Shown: positions 11,059 through 23,665 of the stretch, piece by piece
How positions within the stretch are numbered: the first letter of the stretch is position 1
Layout of the letters: the number at the start of each line of letters is the position of its first letter
NCBI GenBank assembly: GCA_965603825.1
Contig: CBFDEM010000051.1
Coordinates: 372,001 to 436,000 of the forward strand
Length of the DNA: 64,000 bases
Origin: Blepharisma stoltei ATCC 30299
Lineage: Eukaryota; Protista; Ciliophora
Direction: 5' to 3'
Notes under the pieces: generated by a model
Told to the model about the DNA's origin: nothing
The model's input: the letters and a program-made list of their open reading frames with translations, nothing else
Database searches by the model: none
Position numbers and translations under genes: made by a program

Positions 11059-13101
11059 ATGTCAAGAATTGAGCCGCAAAACGAAGTCCAAGTAATTACG
11101 AATTAGAACATGCTAAAAAGGATCTTCATTCAATACGCTAGTCCTAACAAACAGAGTTTAAATATCCGCCTCAAAAAATACATCGATCTCATGCAAGACT
11201 CAGGAATTATTGTAAATTCCATCTAGGATCGACACTTGACTGTTAAACAAATTGAATTGATTTTCTGTGGTGAAAACAAGCATAGAGCCAACATGAATTT
11301 TGACACCTTCCTTGAAACCCTTCCAAGAATAATTGCAGAAAAGTAAACAATAATCAGATTCCCTACAATTTATAAGAATTCTCCTGGAGAAGCTCTAGCA
11401 AAGCTCTTGCAAAATCATTTTTGGCCACTTTATCAAAGAATGAATGAAGACAATAGAAATGAGCTTCCAGAGGTTGATGATGAGTGCATAAATATAATTC
11501 ATTCAGCTTTTAATGGATTTAGAACATTATATGGGTCTCTTTTTCCGTGGGAACTTAGAAAAGATTTAGAGACTGACATGGTTATGAATAGGTCGCAAAG
11601 GACATTTCATAATTTTGTTAAAGAGTTCGACATTTGTCCAACTTTGTTGACCAAAAATCAAGTTCTTCAAATATGAAATGATATAATTTTAGTCCACAGC
11701 GACCAAATTTTGCCTGCTGTAGAATTATTGCCTGACCCAAACTTAGAGCAAGGGCAAATTTTGACGCTCAGCAAATTTATTTTTATTATTTATTTAATCG
11801 CTGAAAAAGGATACGAGCAAGACGCTAACTTAGAGCAGTCCCCACCATCAGAAAAGCTCTTGGTTCTATTAGAACGTTTAGAACTCTCCAAAGGTTTTGT
11901 TGAGCTTTCAGGAAGTGTTCGAAACATTACAATTCTTCCATCACAAGAAGTAATTCACCAAGTTTTGTACCCAGAAACTGAAGATATTGATGAATTTTCT
12001 CATATAACAGAAGAGGAAGAAGAAAAAAGTGCAGATGCAGAAACTTACGGACTAGATGTAAATTCACAAACTGTAGCTAAGCTTGAAGAATATTTCGACA
12101 AGCTTCAGCATATTTTCCAAGCCTATTGCTCTTTTGGAGAACCAATGAATACATCAAAAATGTCAGGCTCAAAATTGGTGAAATTAATGAGAGACGTAGG
12201 AATTTTAAAAATTACTAAAGCAGACATAGCAAATATGTCAATTAGAAGCAGCCAGAGCATTAAAAGTGATGGATTGCTAACAAAAGTGGATATTGATATT
12301 ATTTTTACAAGAGTTTCTGACAAAAGAATTAATAATGGAAGACTTGATTTTAAACAGTTTCTAAAAGCAATTGAACAAGTAGCGCACAGAGCGTTTCCAA
12401 ATGAAAATCTTGATAATGCATTCCTGCATGTAGTGTCTGAATACATTATGAAGCTTGAAAATGATTGGAACGACGAAAGAGGGGTAAATTCTGGGTACAT
12501 CAGAAATCTAATGGAAATGCTGAGAGAGCCAGATGTAATTGAAACTCTCAATTTGGTCCATAAATCTATCATTTACTTTTATAGATTCTACTCTAATTCT
12601 CTAGGCCTTATGAATTTTGAAAACTTCTTAAGATTTACTCGTGACTTTGCAATTTTCCCAGATTTAATTGCAAAATCTAAGCTACATAGATTTTTTCATA
12701 CACTTGCAGGAATTCACGCACAAACAGAGCAACCAGAAATGTCTGTGTCCCGATCAAGCTATTATGAATTGAAAAACGATGCTTCAGAAGATGTAATTGA
12801 TGAGCATCTCTTTGTTGAGTCTTTAGCTTTAGTTGCAGCTGAAGTTCTCTATAAAGAACCAGAGCCAACTCCAGTAGAACGAATTTGCTTTTTAATGGAA
12901 AGAATGAGCCAAAGCGAGGGTCTCTCAAAAGTTCTCATAGAAAATGGTCATAACCGTGCATCAGCTGGAGAATGCAAAGATATTTTGGTATTTTTGAAAG
13001 CAAGGTACCCAGAAATCTTCTCATACGGAAGTGAACAAAAACTAGGATTTGGCGACATTTTAGCGGATATGAACCAACAAGAGATGGGGTCTATTGATTA
13101 A
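11059..13101 (+). CDS. protein with two p25-alpha/TPPP-like modules (EF-hand-like fold); 3 introns
   Basis: ATG 11059; introns 11092-11106, 11212-11226, 11343-11357; TGA 11674-11676 read through. LQHIFQAYCSFGEPMNTSKMSGSKLVKLMRD...LTKVDIDIIFTRV...LDFKQFLKAIEQVA resembles p25-alpha. Confidence 0.75.
11092..11106 (+). other. 15-nt intron GTAATTACGAATTAG
   Basis: GT..AG, A10, in-frame TAG removed by splicing. Confidence 0.8.
11212..11226 (+). other. 15-nt intron GTAAATTCCATCTAG
   Basis: GT..AG, A10, in-frame TAG removed by splicing. Confidence 0.85.
11343..11357 (+). other. 15-nt intron GTAAACAATAATCAG
   Basis: GT..AG, A10, phase 2, in-frame TAA removed by splicing. Confidence 0.85.
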
Positions 13102-13107
13102 TAATAA

Positions 13108-14064
13108 TTAGCTATTAACTCTCCTAAACATCGGAACTAATACAGTTAAAGAAATAAGCACTGCTTCTTCTGTACGAATAGTTCGAGTGCCTTGCTCAGG
13201 ACATGTGTTTAAATAATAATCAAAATGCCCTTCTACATCGTGTCCTTCAATAGTTTCATCAGCTTCAAAAATGTCCTCAAGGCCTGCTAAGCCACCAAAC
13301 ATGATAAGAGCATGGTTGAATTTTGGAAAATTTCCCACTGAATCAATAAATTTCCCTTTATCAGAAGTGCCGATTTTTAAGTCATAGCCTCCTTCATATG
13401 GGCAATTCGTATAAATTGACTCTAAATCTTTGCATAATCTTACTTGGTAGCCTCAGTAGACACCTAATTCAATTTTAGGCTCACTAGGGGAAACCACATC
13501 GCCAGCAAGTTCTAATTAAAAATTACTTCTGGGGTCTTTATTTGTAAGTTTCATTGTAACTCTTGTACCAGGGTTTAATTTATAGTCAATTATAGCATCT
13601 GATTTCAAACCAATATTTACTCATGAGCCTTGGCTGTTTTTTATAGGGCGATCCACTACAATGCCTTCTCGATATGGGAAATCCTCTGTTATGCGTAAAT
13701 GATGGGGAGTATCAAGTGGATTCATTAACCCTGAAAATCGCAGGTCTGGATGCATAGGAAATAAAGATTTGCGTAAATACTGAGGAGTTTCCATATATTC
13801 AAGATTTCTGATAAAAAAGTTGGCTGCATCCAACTTTGCAGATGATGTGCGAGCTGTATGGGCATCATTTAAGATGATAATTTCATCGACATTGAAAATT
13901 GATGCTGCACGGGCTATTTGTGAAACAAGGTATGTTTGGAGTTCAGGGCTTTGAGAGTTGTAGAGAATGGAATCTGGAACAACAATACTTACGGTTCAAT
14001 TTCTATTTGGCTTTTGTGAAGAGCTCTCTGAATTGTCCCTTTTCCTTTTTTTGGGTATTTCCAT
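13108..14064 (-). CDS. SPOUT1: SPOUT-family methyltransferase, C9orf114/SPOUT1-like; 1 intron
   Basis: ATG 14064. TVSIVVPDSILYNSQSPELQTYLVSQIARAASIFNVDEII, YMETPQYLRK.LFP.HPDLRF.GLMNPLD.PHH, Y(W)GYQVR, GTSDKG, FGGLAGLE, NTCPEQGTRTIRTEEA. Confidence 0.92.
13512..13526 (-). other. 15-nt intron GTAATTTTTAATTAG
   Basis: GT..AG, A10, in-frame TAA removed; restores the SPOUT1 reading frame. Confidence 0.88.
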
Positions 14065-14515
14065 TTGCAATAAGAAAAATTAAAGCTATTTTGCTTATCC
14101 TAAACTTATTTATATCATGACTCAAACTTATCATTAAAAAAACGAACAGCTATTATTCTTTTTAAAAGTTAAAGAATTCTCAAATAATACGCTTGATCAA
14201 AATTATATCTCATATGCTTTTAATTATGAGACTAAATCAAAGAAATTAGTCTTATAGTATTCTATTAAATTCTCCAAGTTTCGTTTAAAACCCCAATCAA
14301 TCATCTTCATCCAGATTGAATCAATTGAAGATTCAAAAAATATGGGAAGCCATTTTGATAATAAGCGAATTCAAATGGAAATTAACAAATTTCCTTAGTT
14401 AAGCTTCGAAGATTAAAACTAATACTAAGCTAAGTCAAACAATATTAAAATATTCAAAAAAAGCTGAACCTTAAAGCCACAAAACCATCTGACCAAAACT
14501 TTAGCCGTTTATAAA

Positions 14516-15838
14516 ATGGCTTCCCCAGAAATTGAAGAAGAGCCTTTGAAAGGTCCTCCCTCAAAATTTACAATCACAGGTCTTGTGATTATACTAGTTG
14601 CAATCTCTCAAGGATTTTTAGGATTATCAGACCTCTCTATGAGCTATCTTTATAAAGATGATTTTGGTATGGGTCCCTCAGAAGTGGCCTTTGCAAGCTC
14701 TCTTGCCTCAATTCCTTGAATTATCAAACCATTATGGGGTTTTATCTCTGATTGCTTTCCTATTTTCGGAAGAAGGCGCTCTCCTTATCTTGCAATTTTC
14801 GGCATAATTGGGATGTGCTCATGGATTTACATGTCATCATCTGTAAATACTCCGGTGGCAGCGGTCATAACAATGCTTATTATACAAGTTTGCACAGCAT
14901 TTTGCAATGTAATTGGCGAGGCTCTTGTAGTAGAAGAAAGCCAAAAAGGAGGCGACAGCCCTGAAGATGCTTCAAAATATGTTACATTATTTTTTGGGAC
15001 AAGAGCTTTTGGGATGCTAATTACTGCATACTCAGGAGGGATTTTACTAGAATATATTGACAAAAGAACTGTATTTTTAATTACTGCCTGCTTTCCTTTA
15101 CTATTGTGTGTAGCTGCTTTATTAATGAAGGAACATAGGGTAACTGAAAATCCAACTATTAATACCCAAATAAAAGAAATTTGGCAATTTGTCAAGATGC
15201 CACAAGTAGCCTGACCGATTACTTTTATTTTCTTATTTATGTGTACACCATCGTCTGGGGATGCTATGTTTTTCTATTATACAAACGATTTAGGGTTCGA
15301 ATATGAGTTTATGGGAAGAATGAAAATGGCTTGGGGATTAGCAACTTTAATAGGGATGCTTGTATATAATAAATGACTTAAAGACGTAAAATTCAAGCCA
15401 ATGTTCTTCTGGTCCTGTATTATAGGCTGCGTAATGGGTTTGACTCAAATTTTATTGGTCACGAGATCTAACGTTGCTCTTGGTATTCCTGATACCGTTT
15501 TTGCACTTTCAAGCAACTTTTTAGTTCAAGCTCTTGGAGAGCTGAATGCAATGCCTTTGCTTGTGCTTTGCTGCAGAATTTGTCCTAAAAATATTGAAGG
15601 TTCATTGTATGCGCTGCTTATGTCAACATGAAATTTTGGAAATTTAGTTTCAAGCCAGTTAGGAGCGGTTCTTATGATAGGCCTTGGAATAACTGAAACC
15701 AATTTCAAATTGTTATGGCTTATGCTTTTGCTGACAAATTTAATTATGCTTATCCCTTTGCCGCTTCTTAAATGTATCCCTGAATATGAAAGAGTCGAGA
15801 AAGAGGAAAGAAATAGTGATGGATATAACGATGTTTAG
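14516..15838 (+). CDS. folate/biopterin transporter (BT1/FBT, MFS), 440 aa
   Basis: One frame through TGAs. Signature IP(W)IIKPLWGFISDCFPIFGRRRSPYL and CPKNIEGSLYALLMS; many TM segments; ends TAG. Confidence 0.92.
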
Positions 15839-16337
15839 GATAAATTTTATGATAATAAATAGATTATAAAAACTTTTGGAAATTAGAATAAAGTTTCAAG
15901 TAGGCAAGACAAGAGTAGAGTGATATTAAGAATTTCCGAATCTTTTTTCTATTAAATTTCTTGTTTTCTATACAGATATATTTTGCAATTCGAGATGGCT
16001 TTTAGCAATTCTAAATTTCTTTTTATTTCCAATTTAAAATGCAAAATCATTCTGCCATTTTCGATAAATATTTGTTGGTTAAGTTATTCCTAATTTTTAG
16101 GATAATACGCATTTAAATTTATTGCAACTAGCCTAAATTGCTCCTTTATAAAATTTATCTTTATTAAATAGTTTGCCAACTCATTTTTGCATCTAATAAT
16201 TTTTATATCTAACAACCTCTGCACTTTTAATCAATATCGGGCTCCAGAATAGTTCTAACAATTTTGAAGAAATTCCTTATGAGCACTTCTAGAATACTTA
16301 TTTTTTTCACCAGGTTAAAAATGATATTAATTGATAA

Positions 16338-17396
16338 ATGGTTAACTCAACTGAGACTCGCAAGACCGGCCTTTTTGTATTTATGCTTTTGATGCTTATA
16401 TCAGGCACATGTGTTACAATAACTGTGAAGTTTATGGATATGCTAAAAGTCAACGGTAAAAGCTTTAATCATCCCTACTTCCAAACGTTTTCCATGTTCA
16501 TTGGTGAATTCATGTGCCTTATTGTTTATTTTTCTCTTAAATTCTTGAGTAGGCCTCGAAATAACTCTCAGCTCACTGAGTCTTTAATTGAAAAACCAAA
16601 CAGATCAGGCTCCTTAGCTTGGCTAACAATTCCTGCGATTTTCGATATCTGTGGCTCTACCAGTATTTTAATTGGGCTTTCCTTTTCAACTCCCTCAGTT
16701 TATCAGATGCTAAAAGGATTCTTGCTTGTTATCGTAGCTTTATACTCTGTTATATTTCTTAAAGCTTCGCTGAATTTAAATCAAGTACTGGGAATCTCTA
16801 TAAACTTTGTAGGAACTGTGATTATTGGAATTGTTTCCGTAGCTTATAAAGCACCATCTGCGGAAAATCCACTGCTTGGGATATTTTTCATTATGCTAGG
16901 AGAACTGTTTTCAGGAGGTTTTGTGGTGTCTGAAGAAATGATATTTAAAAAAATCAAAGTAAACCCACTTTTAGCGGTAGGAATTGAAGGCTCGATTGGA
17001 TGCTTAGTCTATATAATAGCACTTCCAATCCTTTATTTAATTCCTTGCGATTATGAGGGGATTTGCAATAATGGAAGAGTAGAAGATGCTTATACTGCTA
17101 TCTTAGGGTTATTAAGTAATAACACTTTGGCTCTTATATGAATCTGCTCAATGGTTTCTGTTGCAGTATTCAATTGGAGTGGAATCAGCACCACTCAAAA
17201 ATCAAGTGCGCTTACGAGAGCTATAATTGATGCAAGCAGATCTTTATCAGTTTGGCTTGTAAGCATGATACTACATTGGGAAGAATTTTTGCCTCTTCAA
17301 CTCTTAGGATTTTTGCTTATAATGCTAGGAACAATTATATACAACAGCTCCGTAAACTGGCTGAAGAAAAATAAAGAAACTTGTACAATTAGTTAA
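16338..17396 (+). CDS. SLC35F6-like drug/metabolite (nucleotide-sugar) transporter
   Basis: FNHPYFQTFSMFIGEFMCL, IPAIFDICGS, SVYQML.G, Q/V.EE.I, VGIEG, S..TRAIIDASR..VW; TGA 17139-17141 read through. Confidence 0.87.
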
Positions 17397-17511
17397 TTTA
17401 ATTTAAATAATTAAGTTTAAATCTCATGTGCTTAATAATTTTAAACCAGTAAAAAATGATTATAATCGAAGTATAATTTATCTTTGAAACCTTATCAAAA
17501 AACATATAAAA

Positions 17512-20500
17512 TTATTTGCCAAACATAAGCTTGAATCCTTGCTTATACTCCTCTGCTTTTTCTTTTTCCTCTTCAGTCATTGACAAATCGTTACTTTTTT
17601 TTCTCCTAAATTTCCCAAAGAATGAGCTTGTCCTAGATACTTCAGTTGTAGGCAAAAAGTTTTTCTTTTCGATCCCCATATTTTGTATACATATTGATGG
17701 AACTTGCGATAAAACACACTTTTTGGCATGATTCATAAATTTATCAAAAAGTTCTTGAAATGATTTAAATGTTGACTGGATGACTAAGGAGGCAAGTTTT
17801 ATTTTCGTTCTGCTCAAACCTATCCAACCTCTAATTGACAATGAAACCTTAATCTCATTTAAGTTGACATATCTATAGAATTTAGGCAGTCTTCTTCTTT
17901 TATTAAGTGGTCTGATTTTCCCCATATTTGCCCTTTGAGAAGCTAAAAATGCTGTTTCTTCATCAACTGGAGGGAAAACGAAATAATAGATATCGTTATA
18001 AATGTCTGTAGAAATATCAATACTTAATGGGAAAATAAATATTTCTAAGTGATCGATTGTTGGCCATGATGCTGAATCTTTTCCTTGGATAAAACGATCT
18101 GCAAGTCTAATATTAAACATGAGATTTGAATCAATATATTCATCTTTATTAGCTAATAATGGAGATAGCATTGGTAAACCGTTATGAAAAACTTGAATTT
18201 TATGCAACTCAAAATTTTTTTGTGACGATTTATCATTGAAAAAATTGACAAAACACCTGATCATTGATAAATTCACACTTATAAGAGTTTCCATATTTTT
18301 CGTCATTTTTAATGATATAGTTTCAGCGGTAATTGAAATTGCTTTCGTAAGCCTTGGCCTTTTATTCCACTGCATGCTTGCCACTTTTTCAGTTAATGCT
18401 TTTTCTATTTGCTTTTTGCCATACCTTTTGAATTCTTGCTCCATTAGTAATTCGCTATCAGAAATGCTGCCAATTTGTGCATCCCTCATAATCACTGACT
18501 GTATAACGTCAATAACTGTCCACAAATGCTCACTTTCCATTGATGATTCCATTTCAGGGAATTTTATATTTATTTTATTTACTCTTTTTTCGTTGTGCCA
18601 TAAATATTTATCTTCATTTTCACATTTTTTGACAAAATCATAGTGGCAATAAGGCAGCCTGAAGAGCGTGATATCAAATTTCATGTTTCTAGAAATAAAA
18701 ACTCTCCTTAGCAGGCCTTCAATATTCCCTTTATCTCCTGCATTCCTAAAAGAATTTAATACCTCTTCAGAGCTTTCCAGCCAAAGCACTGGTCGAGCTG
18801 AATCTACTATTCCTGGAGCCACAAAGGTTTCCATGGATTCCATGCATACAAAAATTAATCTTTTTGCGTCTATTTCCATCACATCATGAGGCAAAAATTC
18901 TTGATTTACTTCAATAGTCCCGCTTCCTCCTATAAGAAGCATCTGCGATAATGAGTCTTCATTTAAAACATTTAACTGTGGCCTATCAATTTCAATAAAA
19001 AGCAATTTTTGAAGTCTTGTTATTTTTATTTCTTCATCTTGGGAGTTTTCTTTTTTCTCCAAGTCTGGCTCCTCTATAATAACTGGCTCATCTTGTTTTT
19101 TTGGTGAATTATGCTTCTTGTTCATAACTTTTCCGAATTCTGGTGGGACAAAAATAAGTAAATCAGCTAAAATTGTCTCTAAGGTGCAGGTCCAAAGAAG
19201 TCGAAATCCTTTTATAGTTAAGTTGTGAAGTGGCTGGCTTTCTTCAGTGGCTTGATTATATTCAATCGAAGCACATGTCATCATTGTTTTTTCATTGCTA
19301 AATTCAAAATCAGACTCAGCGTTTATGTCGTCATTTCTTTCAAATTCCTCAGGGAATAAGGTTAAATAATTAATCCCATCAAACTTGCCAAGCCTAATAA
19401 AAGAGCAAGCTCCTTCTGCCTTTACCATTTCCCAAGGTATAAGTAATGCATTTTTGCATTTCTGAAAGTCTGCATGCATATTAACAGTGTCTATTGTTGT
19501 CTGTAATCCAGTGCCATCATGAGTGAGCTTCAATATTCTCATCCCTATTATTCTGATTCTCTCTATTTGAATCCTTTTAACCAAATCTGCGAAAGGATTT
19601 TGTCCTCCTTTGAATCCTTGTAAGTAAATAGGATTTGGCTTTAAATAGACCATTAAGAGATTGGCAACATGAAAAGTTTGTGAAATGTCATAGCACAAAA
19701 CTAACGATTTCTGGTTAACATTTGTAATGTCTGCGCTTATTCGTATTTGCAATTCTGAGCATCGGTAATCTTTTAAAAGGTCAATTTCCTGATGGTTTGT
19801 TGCTGTAATCCAGTGATTTTCATCCTGACACACAAATTTATAATGAATTTTTGCATCAAGATGAGCAAGACTTACCAGCTCTCTGTAGGAGCCTGAATAA
19901 AGCATCAGATTTTCTACAATTAGCGATAAATAATCGTAGTTGCTTATAATATCTACATTGCCTATGTCAAGGACAAACCCACTGTTGTCATACGGATTCA
20001 TGTTGCTCTTTATCATTACTTTTCAATTTTTAACAGCTGCAATTGCATCCCCAATGAGGAAATAACGGTATCTGTCAATCAAATTCGGCTTCACAGTTTT
20101 GGTTTCTAACTTTCTAGCTGTTGTTGGATCTCTTGTAACCAAAATTCGATTCACTACATTAATCAAGTCTTTAAGGAGAGGAACTATACAAATCCCGAGT
20201 GCGCATGTTCCTCCTTCAACAGTAGCTTCAGCTTTATAGTGATTTTTGATTGTAGCCCAGAAATCTAAAGGCAGCTTATTTCTTGTAAGAATTGACCTCA
20301 TTTTGGCAGTTATATGAGCTAAGGTAACTAAATAAAAAGGATAGTCTCTGATTTGAACTGTAATATTATTTATTTCTGTAACTATGTCATGCGCCATCAA
20401 TATCTTGAAAAATGATACCGGAGGGACGGGAAATTTATCCAATTCTTGCAAGGCGACGATAATTGAATCATGATCAGATATCAAGGTATTGTTTAGTGTC

Positions 20501-22443
20501 ATTGTTAGTCTTTCCATACAAACTCTGATAAATGGAGGAAGAACAGCGCTGCGCAGCGAGGCATATATGTCAGCTTCCCTCATAGCATGGACTCTTTTTC
20601 TCAATGAAACGTTAAGCTCATCTTCTTCTACTATTAATTGGAATTCTGTAAATAGCAAATCAATATTCCCTTTTTCAGAAACCCAAGCCTTTTTAGTTAA
20701 TCTGATATCTTCAGGTATTATAAGACACTTAGTTCACTTGGTCAATGTGGTAATTTTATTCATACCTTTAAATATTCCTTTGCCAAGGTGATATCTGGAA
20801 GGGAGAAACAAAATAACTTTATCACCATGCACTTTTACCTGAGCATCTCCGTTTTCATCGTACCATTTATGAACAATTCCAGTCGGGCATGTCAGCAATT
20901 TCTTGAACCCATTATCATGGCCAAATACATCAGAGTCATAAAAAGTAAAAAATAGCTCAGGTCCTCTTGCTTCTGCAAGAAAGACTCGGTTGTGAACTTC
21001 TATCCCGAAATTATCATAAAATTTAGCTACAGCTTTTATATTGGTTAAATTGAATTTCAATATCAAAGGAGTCTGAGCTTGCTGCTTTGGCTTTTTATTG
21101 CCTTTGCTTAATATTGTAAATAAAATATCAAGAAAAACAGGTGTAATACGCTCAAAAGTACTCTGGGTTAACTCGATTTCTAAGCCATCAATTTTTGTTT
21201 CCAGCTCATTTTTAACAGACTTCATAATAGGGTTTGAAAAGAAAATCATTCTATAAGCTTCATAAGAATCTAAGAAAACGTTATTTGCATAGGTTTTAAA
21301 TTCATAAATTTCTTTTTGGCTGAAAGTGAAGTGGAAATTGTCAAATTTTCCTAAAATGAGAGGAATATTTTCAGAATCTAGCATGTTTATTGCGAGGGTG
21401 TTAATATTTATATTGTGGATTCAATATCCTGAAGATTTTTTCACCTCAATTTGATTGAGAGTCTGAGGAGGAATGCAATCTGCAATAAACTCAGCTAAGG
21501 AGTGGTTTAAATTTATAGAAGGGTTATCAATCTTTGTAATCATTTCAGAAACATCAGAGATTTTGCATGAGCTGAAAGTGACTTTAGGAATATTGACTAA
21601 ATTCTGATTGGGCATTTTCAGCTCGATATCAAAAATGTCTAACTCAGTTGTGATTTCTGATTTTGTGTTCATAGTGAGTTTAGTCGAGTAGCATGAAAAT
21701 TCCAGTCCTTTAATGTTTAGCTCTACTGTATGCACTAATACCAAAATTTCTCGAGAAAGTGATAGAGGCTCTTCAGAAGCAGACCCTGACTTTGGGATCA
21801 TAATCATATCATAATAGTTCTTAAGTTCAAAATTCCCTTTGATTTCACCTATCTCTATTTCGCAATGTCCTTTTGTTAGCGCTTTTCTCAAAGACACATA
21901 CCCTGGCCAAGTTAGTTTAAAGGTGATTGGTATAATTTCAATTAAGCTTTCATCATAAAGCATAATTGAAGAACTGCTTGCTCTTATTGATATCAAAATT
22001 TCTGCTGTTTCTGGATTGCACTCGAAGTTTGCAATTACCATGTCTTCTTTAAAGCTCATGAATTCATAGTCAAATTTAATCCTGGATACTTGTAAAATCA
22101 GATATTTACCCAGAACTAATATTAATATTCTGAACAGCAAATTCTTAAAAGCATTTTCTTTTCAAGGAGTGGATTCAGTTGGCTCGACTTTTATAAGGTC
22201 TATATGCAATCCTTGGACAAAAATAACTAGTCTCTTGTTGTGATAGAAAAGTCTGAGTTGGTTTATTTGAATGTGCACGAGTGGTAATTGCATTCTGATG
22301 TTTTTATATTTGAAGTAACCACAGGTGCACATTCGGAATGAATATTTTCATAAAGCAATTCATAGGATTATGTTGATCAATCAAGGCGCCAGAAGTATCA
22401 GGATAATGATATAATAGTAGAATGGGATACTCATAATTGACAT
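17512..22443 (-). CDS. bridge-like lipid transfer protein BLTP2/KIAA0100/Hobbit/Fmp27-like (about 1643 aa)
   Basis: Four track ORFs plus upstream sequence share one frame joined only by TGA. N-terminal TM anchor; RDYPF motif; C-terminal Apt1-like segment IDHLEIFIFPLSIDI...YYFVFP, FYRYVNLNEIKVSLSIRG, KKCVLSQV, and terminal KLMFGK. Confidence 0.75.
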
Positions 22444-23031
22444 TTTAGATCTAAATTTTTTATTTGGATTTGAGAATAAAACAATCAAAAAAAGAAAGTA
22501 AAGAAAATTGGATTAGCTTATACATTAATATTAAATAATAATTGAATAAATGCAATTGATATTCAATTGTTATAATGCTTTGTTAATCAAATATATTCGT
22601 GGTTAAGCGATATATATGAGTGTATTTATTACTTTATATATTTCATATTTTAAATAAAATTAGATCTGAATAATTACTTTTATTCAAGAATGAAATATAT
22701 TTTAAATTCCTATTTATTCTTCCTTCATTGAATTTAGTGGATTGATTAATTCACGTATTAATAAATTCAAAGCTCTATTAATCGCTGATGCGTGATTATT
22801 TTTACGGCTTAGCTTTAGCTTGATTTTTTAATTTAACAATTGATTCTGTTAGAATCTTCTTTTTATCAAATTAGAAAAAAGATTATAAAAAGAAGTGAAT
22901 TAGGACTGGGAACTGATATTAATCTCTAAATCAGAGAGTTTAAGCCTTGCTGAAATGAAATCTTATAATAATTGTTTAAATTAATTAATACCATTATCCT
23001 TTATCACTGAAAAGTTTAGGGACATTTATAT

Positions 23032-23601
23032 ATGATTATACGCAGCCTCTGGAATTTATACCTTGGAGGCCTCGAGAAGCACCCTATCAAAACTAAGTAA
23101 ATCCCACATAGGATGGCAACGGGTATGGTCATTACGAGCGCTGGAGATTTAATTGCCCAGAAATTAGTTGAAGGAAATGACGATGTTGATTTTAAACGAC
23201 TGCTTAACATGGCTATTTATGGGTGTGTAGTTGCAGGTGGTGTCGGGCATTACTGATATAAAGGACTCGATGCTGCTTTTGGCTCAAAAATGAATTTGCG
23301 CTCAACGCTGAAAAAAATGAGCGTCGACCTTCTGCTTTTCGCTCCTCCTGAAACTGCATTTTTCATGGCTTGGGCGCATTTAGGATCAGATCAAAAGGAA
23401 CCTGTAATGGAAAAGCTTAAAAAAGACTATAAAAACGTTCTGATAGCAGATTATTTACTATGGGTTCCGACTCAGTTCATCAATTTTTGCATTGTCCCAG
23501 AAAGACACAGAGTTCTCTTCCAAAGCGTGATTATGGTGTTCTGGAGCACATTTATATCGTTTGCGTCACATAATAGCTTAGATAACCTTAACTTTCTTTA
23601 A
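23032..23601 (+). CDS. Mpv17/PMP22-family membrane protein; 1 intron
   Basis: ATG 23032: Y...LEKHPIKTK.A...AGDLIAQ, DFKR, GHY(W)YKGLD, KMSVDLLLFAP, WVPTQFINFCIVPERHRVLF...W. Confidence 0.9.
23097..23111 (+). other. 15-nt intron GTAAATCCCACATAG
   Basis: GT..AG, A10, phase 2, in-frame TAA removed. Confidence 0.88.
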
Positions 23602-23665
23602 TCTAGGCTTTTATGAATGCAATAGCCTAATTAATTGAATTTATTTTGATCTAAAAAATTAATTA

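Noticed and set aside
13974-13992. Intron-like GTAAGTATTGTTGTTCCAG (minus strand) in SPOUT1
   Set aside because: It is 19 nt, would frameshift, and encodes the conserved VSIVVP strand.
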